The position numbers and the translations under genes are program-made. Positions 19,761 through 28,987 of a DNA stretch of 64,000 nt are shown here, piece after piece. Each line of letters opens with the position of its first letter. Within the stretch, counting starts at the first letter, position 1. Source of the DNA: a virus (lineage: Duplodnaviria > Caudoviricetes). The stretch covers positions 42,072 through 106,071 of the IMG/VR virus record IMGVR_UViG_2706796498_000001, one strand, 5' to 3'. Below the pieces are notes generated by a model. That model did not search any database. It had not been told where the DNA came from and saw only the letters and a list, made by a program, of their open reading frames with translations.

Positions 19761-20330
19761 ATGGCGGTTAGTACAGCAAGTGTATTTCCAAGTATTACTT
19801 ATAATCAATATTTATTATATAAGCTATTAAATGTAACTAATGATGATAAGGTTGTAATACCCGACCGTTACTTATCTGATTTTAACGGGTATGGGCAACC
19901 GGATTTATCAACGTCTCGATTACTATATCTGTTTACCAAAGTTACCAGTAGTTATCTACCAGTTAAGTTTACTAATACTTCATCTACCACTGGTCAGTTT
20001 GAAGAATACATTGAACAAACTCACTTATTTCATTCCCACCCGGGGGTTTATATGGTGTTAGTAGCTCAATATTTGGAAATTGTAGCTTTCAACTGGGCTG
20101 TGGTGAACCAAGTTGAATTAGTAAATGAAATTTCTAAGGTAGATATTCAACGGATTCGTAAGAATTTAAATTTGTTATGTGATTGGTTTGGCGATCATCA
20201 AGATATAATGAACCGTGAAACTGATTATTACGTGGATATTATTAATAAATTACGTAAGTTTGAAATTGATTTAGGTTATCTTGAAAATCGATTAGCTTAT
20301 GTATTGTCCACTTATGGGTATACAAAATAG
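19761..20330 (+). CDS. Baseplate-associated structural protein
   Basis: Synteny; C-terminal DIQRIRKNLNLLCDW...IDLGYLEN conserved in the Twort-like ~174-aa protein. Confidence 0.55.
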   Translation: MAVSTASVFPSITYNQYLLYKLLNVTNDDKVVIPDRYLSDFNGYGQPDLSTSRLLYLFTKVTSSYLPVKFTNTSSTTGQFEEYIEQTHLFHSHPGVYMVLVAQYLEIVAFNWAVVNQVELVNEISKVDIQRIRKNLNLLCDWFGDHQDIMNRETDYYVDIINKLRKFEIDLGYLENRLAYVLSTYGYTK

Positions 20331-20339
20331 GGGGGTGGC

Positions 20340-21053
20340 GTGTTGTCAGTATACAAGCATTATGTAATCAAGGCTGGTGAGGACTTACGGGTGATTGCCC
20401 AAAAGTTGTATAATGATATAGATAAGTGGCAAACATTAGCCCAGCTAAATCACTTAAAGTACCCGTATATTGTATCTAGTCCAGAGGAACAACTTAAAGA
20501 CCCAGACCATCTTTTAACTTGGGGCCAGACTTTACTATTACCTAATAGTAATGATATAGACACTGCCAATTCAAACCTGATTGAAGAAAGTAACACCGCT
20601 CACTATAAGAATTATTATTATGATACTTCATTGGGTATGGACTTAAAACTAAATATCTCAACTGATTCGTTATTAACAGAACAGTTAGGGGTATTACAGA
20701 GTGATGATAACGGGTATACCTTCGAGCGAGTATCTGGGTTAGCTAATTTACAGCAGTCTCTGATTTTAAGAATCCTAACTAGACGAGGAACCTTACTTAT
20801 GCACCCTAACTATGGTTCTCGTTTGGTCGATATGTTAGGCCAACCAATGAATGATAAACTGTTGAGTGAGGCGGCTGTGGAGCTAAGGCGAACCATTACA
20901 ACTGATTCAAGGGTTGCAGATTGTAAGATTACTAAAAGTCAACTCACTTATGATGAAATATTTATAAATGCTACTATCACCCCGATTAACTATGATCAGG
21001 CTTTTGACTTATATTTGTATCGTTCTAAGACTGGGAATATCTCACTAAGATAG
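20340..21053 (+). CDS. Baseplate wedge subunit (LysM-like N-terminus + gp25-like domain)
   Basis: HYVIKAGEDLRVIAQKLY...W..LAQLNHLKYPYI; NLQQSL..RILTRRGTLLMHPNYGS. Confidence 0.85.
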   Translation: MLSVYKHYVIKAGEDLRVIAQKLYNDIDKWQTLAQLNHLKYPYIVSSPEEQLKDPDHLLTWGQTLLLPNSNDIDTANSNLIEESNTAHYKNYYYDTSLGMDLKLNISTDSLLTEQLGVLQSDDNGYTFERVSGLANLQQSLILRILTRRGTLLMHPNYGSRLVDMLGQPMNDKLLSEAAVELRRTITTDSRVADCKITKSQLTYDEIFINATITPINYDQAFDLYLYRSKTGNISLR

Positions 21054-21064
21054 GAGGGAACTAA

Positions 21065-22621
21065 ATGGCCGTATCTGTCGATACCAATTCTGATACCGTA
21101 ACGATTAGTACCAATGGTTTTGCTTTTAAGAAAGCAACTGATATGGTAACTGATCAGATTAATTATATTACTACGCACACAGATTATTTAAATGACTTCA
21201 CCGAGGGTTCAATTACTAGGACTTTAATTGAAGCAGAATCAATTGAGATTGAGAAGCTCTATTACTATACCCTTGAGAACTTACAGGAAGCGATTGTAGA
21301 CGGTTTGACAAGTGCCTTTGGGTTTGCTAAGCAAAACGCTACAACGGCTTATGGGGACGTTACAATCACACTGAACGCCCCTTTGGCTAATGCTTCAATT
21401 ATTAACCGGGGCACTAAGTTCTATTCTAGTAATAGTGCCTATGAACAGGTTTATGTAACTAAAAGTGATTACACAATTCCAAAGGGAACCCAAACCTTTA
21501 CCGTACCTGTTTACTGTACTGTTCAAGGGGCTTATGGAAATATCCCAGCCAATGTAATTGATTCTAGTACGGACGTAGGAAGCTATGCTAGTGTCACTAA
21601 TAATCAAGCCTTTACAACAGGTAACGATGAAGAAACCACTGAACAAGAACAAGTACGTTTCCGTAAGATGATTCAGGCCATTGCTAAGGGTACTAATCAA
21701 TCATTAGTTTATGCGGCAGAGAGTGTAGCTAATGTAGCCGGAGTGTATGAGTATGAAGAAACATATGGTTCAGTTATCTTATTCTGTCATGACGCTAACG
21801 GTAATTTAAGTGATGAGTTAGCCCAACAAATTGCAGAGGCGGTGGAACCATATCGGCCGGCAGGGATTCGAGTAACCATTATGCCAACGCATAAAACTAA
21901 TTTAGCTTTATCGATTGGGGTTCAAGTTAACTATGAAACTTTACAAACGGACGACTTCTTAACTACTGTTAGTGCTACCATTCAAAACTACATTAATCAG
22001 TTTACCGCTGGTGAGAATATCTATATCTCTGATATTGAACAACAAGTAATGGATATTTCTGATACCGGGATTGCTGATACCAAGGTTAATATTACTGCCT
22101 ATCCAGATGATATTATGCTTCAATATGCAACTATCTCTGATGATTCAATGACTAATGTTAAGGGCACGATGATTAATCACCCTTATCTTCAACCGGTAGA
22201 TATTACAGCTAATGACACCTACGGGGAAATTGGGTTAAAGCGAGATCGCAAGGACTTTGCTTCTTCCAATGGTAACAATTGGCAACAGGCAGTTAGTTTA
22301 GATTCTGATGGTAACAAGACGATTGATCGTGGGGTTGAAATTGTAGATGTTTACCGTACTAACCCTAATGAATTATTAAGGGTTGGTAGCATTAACGTTC
22401 AATTCTATGAAGCTAATGAATTACAGGACAACACAAGTATTCGGCGGACAGAGGTTACTTATCAAACAGCTAATTCTGAAACCGTTCGCCCAGACGGTGA
22501 TTGGTCGAGTAATTATGTACAAACAACCGATGATAAACCTTACTTATGGACAAAGACTACAATCTACTATGTAAATGGAAATACTAAAGTCCTGTATAGT
22601 GTTGTTGACGGGGTTGATTAA
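21065..22621 (+). CDS. Baseplate J-like wedge protein with C-terminal extension
   Basis: LNDFTEGSITRTLIEA, GAYGN, FTTGNDEET, CHDANGNLS, YRPAGI. Confidence 0.88.
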   Translation: MAVSVDTNSDTVTISTNGFAFKKATDMVTDQINYITTHTDYLNDFTEGSITRTLIEAESIEIEKLYYYTLENLQEAIVDGLTSAFGFAKQNATTAYGDVTITLNAPLANASIINRGTKFYSSNSAYEQVYVTKSDYTIPKGTQTFTVPVYCTVQGAYGNIPANVIDSSTDVGSYASVTNNQAFTTGNDEETTEQEQVRFRKMIQAIAKGTNQSLVYAAESVANVAGVYEYEETYGSVILFCHDANGNLSDELAQQIAEAVEPYRPAGIRVTIMPTHKTNLALSIGVQVNYETLQTDDFLTTVSATIQNYINQFTAGENIYISDIEQQVMDISDTGIADTKVNITAYPDDIMLQYATISDDSMTNVKGTMINHPYLQPVDITANDTYGEIGLKRDRKDFASSNGNNWQQAVSLDSDGNKTIDRGVEIVDVYRTNPNELLRVGSINVQFYEANELQDNTSIRRTEVTYQTANSETVRPDGDWSSNYVQTTDDKPYLWTKTTIYYVNGNTKVLYSVVDGVD

Positions 22622-24520
22622 ATGGCAATTAAAGATAATTTACAACCCTTTTGGGGGTTTAACGTTCAAGGAATTACTAAGGACGATGGTTCAGCTAATG
22701 ACGCTTTTATTAGTAGTTTACAGGGTGAGTTAGATAAGACAGAATTAGACCTATACAGTTCTAAACTAGAAACATATCTTGATACTGCTAATGGTAGATG
22801 GCTTGATTACTGGGGTCGTTGGTTAGGTTTACACCGGGATAACCGAAGCGATGATGATTATCGAACCGCTTTGATTAACCATGTTTTGCATGAACGGAAC
22901 ACAATTCCAGCCTTAACTAAAGCATTGACTGATTTCTTAAAGATTAACCAAGATCATATCTACATTTATGAACCTTGGCGAGATATGTTTGTTTGGAATG
23001 CTAGTCATTATAATACACATAAATTTTTCACTGACCCCTATTATCGCTATGCAGTAATTGATATTCAAATTGAAGGCCCATATGGTGATATTGTAAATGA
23101 GATTATCAATCTATTTCGACCGGCTGGTGTATATTGGGTCGTAACAAGTTTAGTCAATGTAATTAATAATACAGCACCGATTTTAGACTTGAGCTTACCA
23201 ACCACTCAAATTATTGAAAGTTCAGATACAGACTATGCTAACTTTACCCAGACTAATTCCGCCTATTTAAATAGTAAGTTAGATTTAGCAACCTATGTAG
23301 GAGATCCTTTTAACTATAATAAGGACAATCTAAATGCGGGAAAACAGTATGCGACAAGCAACTCCAGTTATAACCCAGTAGTATATATTGGGAGTAACAA
23401 AGGAGATTATGATTCAATCATTGATACGACTGGTGGTGGAACTAACCTAGCTACTGGTACTGATCAGGAATATACAATGGGTTTTGGGATTCCTAATACG
23501 ACATGGGAAGACGGCTATGCTTACGAGAAGTTACCATTAAGTACCACTGGTACTGAAATTCTCCCACAAGATAGCTCACACTTCTATACCCTGACTCAAG
23601 GGACAACCTATACTCAAACAATATGGTTTGAAACTGATGCGAATGTCAAAAACTTGAGTGTGGCTAAAATTTCATGGTGGACACATGATGGACATGATTA
23701 TCAACTGGCAAGCATTCAAAATCTAGGTCAAAATAGCTACAAGATTGTATCAACATACACGTGGCCGGGTAAAGCCGACAACAACGTGCGGCTGTTTGAT
23801 ATTAGGTACTTAGATTCAACTTTTGACCTAACCACAGGAACCTATTTGAAGTTTGGCAAGTTGAAGCTAGAAGAAGGTAGTGTTTCAACACCTTGGTCGC
23901 CTAACCCTTCTGATAGCGATTATGCTAGTTGGTTACAAGCTAAGCAACAGGCAGAGTTAACTATTACCTCACAAGATTTAAAGCAACAGTTAGGTAATCA
24001 AATTACTACTCAACCAACTTTGATTAGTTCAATTGATAGTCAAGCTAATTCATTTACCATTGACCAAACACAAACTAGCCTATTAGGTGGGATTGATCTT
24101 TTAGGTTACCTAACTGTATATAAGCAAGCAGTTAAATCTAGTGACCAGACCGCTAAACAGTTTATCTTGAATAACTTAGCTACTTCTAATACTCAACGGT
24201 TAGAACTGGTCCTACAAAATCAGGACAACATTGATTTAACCCAAGATGTTCGTTTAGAATTATATGACTACAATCTCCATCTTTGGGTCAAGCCAATTAT
24301 TGAATATGAGGTTCATTCTGACTACACTATTTTTAAGGTTAGCCTATCAAGTTTAGCCCCATATTTATCAGATGGGGGTAACTTCATGTTTCAGGTTTGG
24401 CCAACAATAGCTAATATCACTACTTTATCAGTTAATTACCTAGGGTATTTATTTAATGCCCCAAGTGATATAATTACATTAGCTAATAGTGCTGAAACAT
24501 TCACAATGGAAACAAATTAA
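22622..24520 (+). CDS. Baseplate wedge / tail morphogenesis protein with inserted carbohydrate-binding-like module
   Basis: YLDTANGRWLDYWG, YEPW, YYRYAVIDI, FRPAGV; internal NLATGT...KLEEGSVSTPWSPNP module. Confidence 0.8.
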   Translation: MAIKDNLQPFWGFNVQGITKDDGSANDAFISSLQGELDKTELDLYSSKLETYLDTANGRWLDYWGRWLGLHRDNRSDDDYRTALINHVLHERNTIPALTKALTDFLKINQDHIYIYEPWRDMFVWNASHYNTHKFFTDPYYRYAVIDIQIEGPYGDIVNEIINLFRPAGVYWVVTSLVNVINNTAPILDLSLPTTQIIESSDTDYANFTQTNSAYLNSKLDLATYVGDPFNYNKDNLNAGKQYATSNSSYNPVVYIGSNKGDYDSIIDTTGGGTNLATGTDQEYTMGFGIPNTTWEDGYAYEKLPLSTTGTEILPQDSSHFYTLTQGTTYTQTIWFETDANVKNLSVAKISWWTHDGHDYQLASIQNLGQNSYKIVSTYTWPGKADNNVRLFDIRYLDSTFDLTTGTYLKFGKLKLEEGSVSTPWSPNPSDSDYASWLQAKQQAELTITSQDLKQQLGNQITTQPTLISSIDSQANSFTIDQTQTSLLGGIDLLGYLTVYKQAVKSSDQTAKQFILNNLATSNTQRLELVLQNQDNIDLTQDVRLELYDYNLHLWVKPIIEYEVHSDYTIFKVSLSSLAPYLSDGGNFMFQVWPTIANITTLSVNYLGYLFNAPSDIITLANSAETFTMETN

Positions 24521-24531
24521 GCGAGGTAAAT

Positions 24532-25071
24532 ATGGCAATTACAACTCAAGTTGGACATATTCAACAAGCAATCAATTTTATTAATAATCATAACCATCTC
24601 TATTTTGAGTTTGCTAAGGAAGCTGACTGGTCAGATTCTAATAACCCAGAAGCAGAGAATGAAACAACGACTTCTTTAACAGACCCTAAGGCATTTTTGA
24701 AGGTTGACCATCTTTATTTATGCTATGACACAAACACAACTACCACATCATCTACTGATACAGATACAACTATTACTTATAAGTCAAAAGCATGGTCAAT
24801 TGTAGACCCTACTACAGTGTTACCAAGTACAGGTATTCCAACCCAAGACGCTCGTTATGTTTGTTTAGTAGGAACTTTAGCGGTATCAGAACTAGATACG
24901 TTTAAGTACACACAAATTGGGGTTGTTGACTTCCAAGCTGATTTAGATAGTCACGCCCTTTTAGCCAACGCTGTATCAAGTCCGGGTTCCCTACTTTTTT
25001 ATGAAAATAGAATGCTAGAAACTTATACTAATACAAACTCAAAGGTAGTTAAGTATATGCTCAAGTTTTAG
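24532..25071 (+). CDS. Baseplate protein
   Basis: MAITT..GHI..A..F, W....NP, LLFYENR motifs of the Twort-like ~173-aa baseplate protein. Confidence 0.7.
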   Translation: MAITTQVGHIQQAINFINNHNHLYFEFAKEADWSDSNNPEAENETTTSLTDPKAFLKVDHLYLCYDTNTTTTSSTDTDTTITYKSKAWSIVDPTTVLPSTGIPTQDARYVCLVGTLAVSELDTFKYTQIGVVDFQADLDSHALLANAVSSPGSLLFYENRMLETYTNTNSKVVKYMLKF

Positions 25072-25085
25072 GAAGGGTGGTGTAT

Positions 25086-27677
25086 ATGAGTAATAGTATC
25101 TTTAATCTTGACCCCACGACACACCAAGCTAGTTTATCTAAGGTAAATATTGGTGCTAGTGATGATGCTAGTTTAATTGTCTTGGGTAAAGTTACTAAGG
25201 TTTACTACCACCAAGGAACCCTAGACTTTAAGTTGACTAGTGGGGTATCTAGTATTGTTGCCGATGGTAGTGGTAATGGGACTGGTAGCGCTCGGATTCC
25301 ACTTGATTACTTTGGCCAAGATAGTGAAGGTCGTACTTATGGACACTATCGCCCTGTTCAGATTGGTGATACCGTGGCTATTGCCTACCTTAATGGTCAT
25401 AAGACGTCACCAATTGTTATTGGGGTATATGCACCGAATGGGGAACAGTATGAAGCTATCTCACCAACTCTATTTGATAGTGGTGATGATAAAGACAATT
25501 ACATTGCTGAAACAGGTCTAGCAGAACAACACGTTCACCATTCTGGTCAAATTAGTTATCGATCTGGTTCCGGTCGGCTATTTGAAAGTTTGAATGGTTA
25601 TTCCTTTATGGTCATTGATGATGATACTTCCCAAGACTATTCAGAACTATATACTGACTTGTCCTTGGTTCCTTATTCATCAATTGATGGAAAGACCCAT
25701 GACCCACAGAGGGAAAAAGCTGGGGACTGGTTACTTGTCCATGAAGATAACCCAAACGGATTAGACGTAGATAATCACATTACCCGGTTTTATGTTAATA
25801 AGGCCGGGGATTTTGAGTTAGTCTTTACTAACACTTCTTTTGCTGGAGTTTCTACCGTCTTACATATGGATAAGAACGGTATGCAACTTAACAAGTATAT
25901 TGGCCATCAAAGGAAAAAGGCAGGTCTACCTCGGGCTAGTGAAGAAGATCAAACCTATACTGCTGATTTTGATAGTGCCCCAACGACTGTTACTTTTGAC
26001 CTAGGGAAAACCAAAGACGATACTATCTCTTTAAAGAGTTCCACAACAGCGGATTCCAAGGAGCAAGCCACTAATCTTGAGGTTCGGCCGGACGGGGTTT
26101 ATATCAATGATGCTAAATTATTTGATTCTAACTCAAATAGCCTATCCGCTCTTGATATGTTCCTTGACGGTGGGGTCATGGACTTTAGCAAGATTACTGT
26201 TAAGAACTTTTCTGGGGATAACATTGAAGATGGCACCATTGATGGCACCAAGTTAAAGGGTAAGACCGTTACTGCTGATAAGCTAAACATTAGTAAGCTG
26301 TCTGATATTAGTTCCAATATGGGAACAATTACAGCAGGTTATATCCAGGTTAATAACGGAACAGCAGGTTCAACTGGGGTTAAAATTAGTGGGGACGCTA
26401 GTTCAGACCCCGACATTTTAACAGCACACGATAAAGCCCAATTACAACAGCAACTCAATGCTTTATATTCACAGTGCCAAGCGTTAATTGACTATGGTAC
26501 TACAGTTGGAATTGACGTTAGCGAACTCAAAACGAATGAAAACTCCCTAAAAAACTTAACCGATTGGATCTTTGAAACCGATGGTAATGTTAAAGTTGAT
26601 CGAGTAAAGATTGATGACGCCATTACTAGCTTCACGGGTTTGTTAGAAACCTATCGGAGCAAGTTTACTTCCCAGTTAAACCAGAAGATTGGTGAAACTT
26701 CTAATAAGGCTAACTCTATCTACCAAGGGTCACAAGAACCAGATCAAGCTAACGTTAAAGAGGGCGACCTTTGGCTTCAAACTAACTCTGATGGTACTAG
26801 CAATATTATGCAGTATGACAACGGTGTTTGGCAGGAGGCTAACCTCAAGGGCTACCAAGACGCAAAGACGGCCGCTGAACAAGCCCAAGAAACCGCAGAT
26901 AAGTTACCTCATAATTATTATCAAGCAACCGAGCCAAGTGGTACCCAATACAATGATGGTGACTTATGGTATCAAAGTGTTTCTTCTACTAGTGATGGTA
27001 AGATTAAGTACAATATCTATAAGTGGGATATTTCTAGTAAGAGATGGGTGCAGTTAATTGATAACAACGCCAATGCTAACTACGTGGCTAGTTCCGCCCC
27101 TGCTGACCCTAGTGAGGGTGACTTTTGGACAGATATCGATGGTACACTTCATCAATATAAATCAGGTACGTGGGTAACTGTCCCTACTCAAGGCCCTCAA
27201 GGTGTCCCAGGTACTCCGGGTGATGACGGTAAAACTTATTACACGTGGATTATGTATGCTACCGATAATATTGGAAGTAATATGAGTAGATCACCAAAGG
27301 GAATGACCTATATCGGATTAGCCTATAATAAGGAAAGTCCTGAGGAATCCTCTATACCGACTGATTACACATGGTCAAAGATCAAGGGTGATCCCGGAGT
27401 TAGCCCAATTAATCTGGTTATTGAATCATCGAATGGTTATCAATTTAAAAATGGTATAATTAATACAACTTTAACTGCAAGGCTTTATCAAAATAATGAA
27501 GAAATTGATAAAGATGGAACAGGCTATGCTTATGTGTGGTCTAAAACTAATGCAGATGGAACAGAGGATACTGCTTGGAATCTGGCTCATCAAACAAGTC
27601 AAAAAACAATTACTATTATGTATGAAGATGTTAAACAAAGGGCCACTTTTGATTGCATAGCAGAATCACTTAATTAA
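25086..27677 (+). CDS. Baseplate spike/hub-like protein fused to fibre-type domains
   Basis: N-terminal OB-like LGKVTKVYY...IGDTVAIAYLNG...PIVIGVY; C-terminal P..GDLW repeats, collagen-like GPQGVPG, and TWIMYA...YTWSKIKG motif. Confidence 0.7.
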   Translation: MSNSIFNLDPTTHQASLSKVNIGASDDASLIVLGKVTKVYYHQGTLDFKLTSGVSSIVADGSGNGTGSARIPLDYFGQDSEGRTYGHYRPVQIGDTVAIAYLNGHKTSPIVIGVYAPNGEQYEAISPTLFDSGDDKDNYIAETGLAEQHVHHSGQISYRSGSGRLFESLNGYSFMVIDDDTSQDYSELYTDLSLVPYSSIDGKTHDPQREKAGDWLLVHEDNPNGLDVDNHITRFYVNKAGDFELVFTNTSFAGVSTVLHMDKNGMQLNKYIGHQRKKAGLPRASEEDQTYTADFDSAPTTVTFDLGKTKDDTISLKSSTTADSKEQATNLEVRPDGVYINDAKLFDSNSNSLSALDMFLDGGVMDFSKITVKNFSGDNIEDGTIDGTKLKGKTVTADKLNISKLSDISSNMGTITAGYIQVNNGTAGSTGVKISGDASSDPDILTAHDKAQLQQQLNALYSQCQALIDYGTTVGIDVSELKTNENSLKNLTDWIFETDGNVKVDRVKIDDAITSFTGLLETYRSKFTSQLNQKIGETSNKANSIYQGSQEPDQANVKEGDLWLQTNSDGTSNIMQYDNGVWQEANLKGYQDAKTAAEQAQETADKLPHNYYQATEPSGTQYNDGDLWYQSVSSTSDGKIKYNIYKWDISSKRWVQLIDNNANANYVASSAPADPSEGDFWTDIDGTLHQYKSGTWVTVPTQGPQGVPGTPGDDGKTYYTWIMYATDNIGSNMSRSPKGMTYIGLAYNKESPEESSIPTDYTWSKIKGDPGVSPINLVIESSNGYQFKNGIINTTLTARLYQNNEEIDKDGTGYAYVWSKTNADGTEDTAWNLAHQTSQKTITIMYEDVKQRATFDCIAESLN

Positions 27678-27692
27678 CAGGAGGAATAAAGT

Positions 27693-28814
27693 ATGTCTAT
27701 TGTCTCAAGTGGACAAATTACAATTACCAATTTATCTGATGGTATGCAACTCAATGCGTTCATCACAGCAAGTGGGGTAACTACTCAAACTTATGACGCA
27801 ACCGCTCAAACATGGTCGCCTAGTTATGCGACTACTCCACAAGTTTTAAAACTTAACCTTACTAAAGCAGGTAGTAATGATTCTGTTATTAGTGGGGTTG
27901 CAGGGAACATTACTTGGACACGATCCGATGGAACGACAACCACAACTATTACATCAACTACTGATACTGATAATCAATATTTAAGCGGAAGTGCGAATAG
28001 TGTATTGACAACCAAAGTCAATGTTCCAATTGCTAACTCCGCTTCACGGTTCACTGCCTCTGGTATTTGGGTTGACCCTAATACGGGGCTAAATGTTCCG
28101 TTTTCAGCTACTTTAGATTTAACAGTTGTACAACTTGCAAAATCAAGTGTTCTGGCTAATGTTTACGCTGGGAATGGTGGGGCGTTCTACAATTCTCAAC
28201 CGGCAAGTTTAACAGTTAACGCTGATTTATATAAGGGTGGACAGCTTTCATCAGGGAATAACCAAATCTTCTTCGGGTATGCAGATAGCTCTGTAACTAC
28301 AACTAGCTCAAATGGGTATAATTCAAACCTTGGGTTAGGTTGGCACTTATGTACTTCCTCTACAACCGGTCAAACTCCTAATGTAGCACCAGGAACCAAT
28401 ACAACTTCTCAAGGGATCTTGACAGTTTTACCAACGGCTATTACAGACGCACAGAGTTTTAAGGCCGTCATTATTGATGAAGTAGGTGGGACAGCCGGGA
28501 CTGCGGTAAGTGGTATTGTTACACTGCTTGATTATTCAGACCCAATCACTTGTACCATTGATAGTACAGCCGGTAGCATTTTTAAAAATGGGTCTGGTAC
28601 TACAACGCTTACTTGCCGAGTATTTCAATCTGGTGCTGAAATTGATAAAGCAGGAAAAACATATACTTATAAATGGTCCCAACGTGACCAAAACGGTGTA
28701 TTAAATGCTAATTTTGGTGGTACAGGAAACCAATATAAAACTGGTAAAACAATTAGTGTTTCAGCTTCTGACGTCAATATCAAAGCTCAATATACTTGCG
28801 AGGTAAATCAATAA
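27693..28814 (+). CDS. Tail fibre/receptor-module structural protein
   Basis: SSGQITIT.L.DG start; Thr/Ser-rich beta protein; GSIFKNG...LTCRV Ig-like C-terminus. Confidence 0.65.
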   Translation: MSIVSSGQITITNLSDGMQLNAFITASGVTTQTYDATAQTWSPSYATTPQVLKLNLTKAGSNDSVISGVAGNITWTRSDGTTTTTITSTTDTDNQYLSGSANSVLTTKVNVPIANSASRFTASGIWVDPNTGLNVPFSATLDLTVVQLAKSSVLANVYAGNGGAFYNSQPASLTVNADLYKGGQLSSGNNQIFFGYADSSVTTTSSNGYNSNLGLGWHLCTSSTTGQTPNVAPGTNTTSQGILTVLPTAITDAQSFKAVIIDEVGGTAGTAVSGIVTLLDYSDPITCTIDSTAGSIFKNGSGTTTLTCRVFQSGAEIDKAGKTYTYKWSQRDQNGVLNANFGGTGNQYKTGKTISVSASDVNIKAQYTCEVNQ

Positions 28815-28987
28815 TGAAAAGTACATTTTATGCTAATATCGAACTTGGGGGAGAAATCACACAAGTTAGCTTTGAAGCAACAAGCGCAAGTGATGTGATT
28901 GAACAAATTTGGAGAACTTATGGTATCTCAACCCCAATTATTGAAATTTGGGCGGAGGAAACTGACAATGATAGTAGCAAGCAATAA
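28814..28987 (+). CDS. Small hypothetical protein in the tail fibre module
   Basis: 57 aa, TAATG-coupled to the upstream gene; contains the SD of the next gene. Confidence 0.55.
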   Translation: MKSTFYANIELGGEITQVSFEATSASDVIEQIWRTYGISTPIIEIWAEETDNDSSKQ

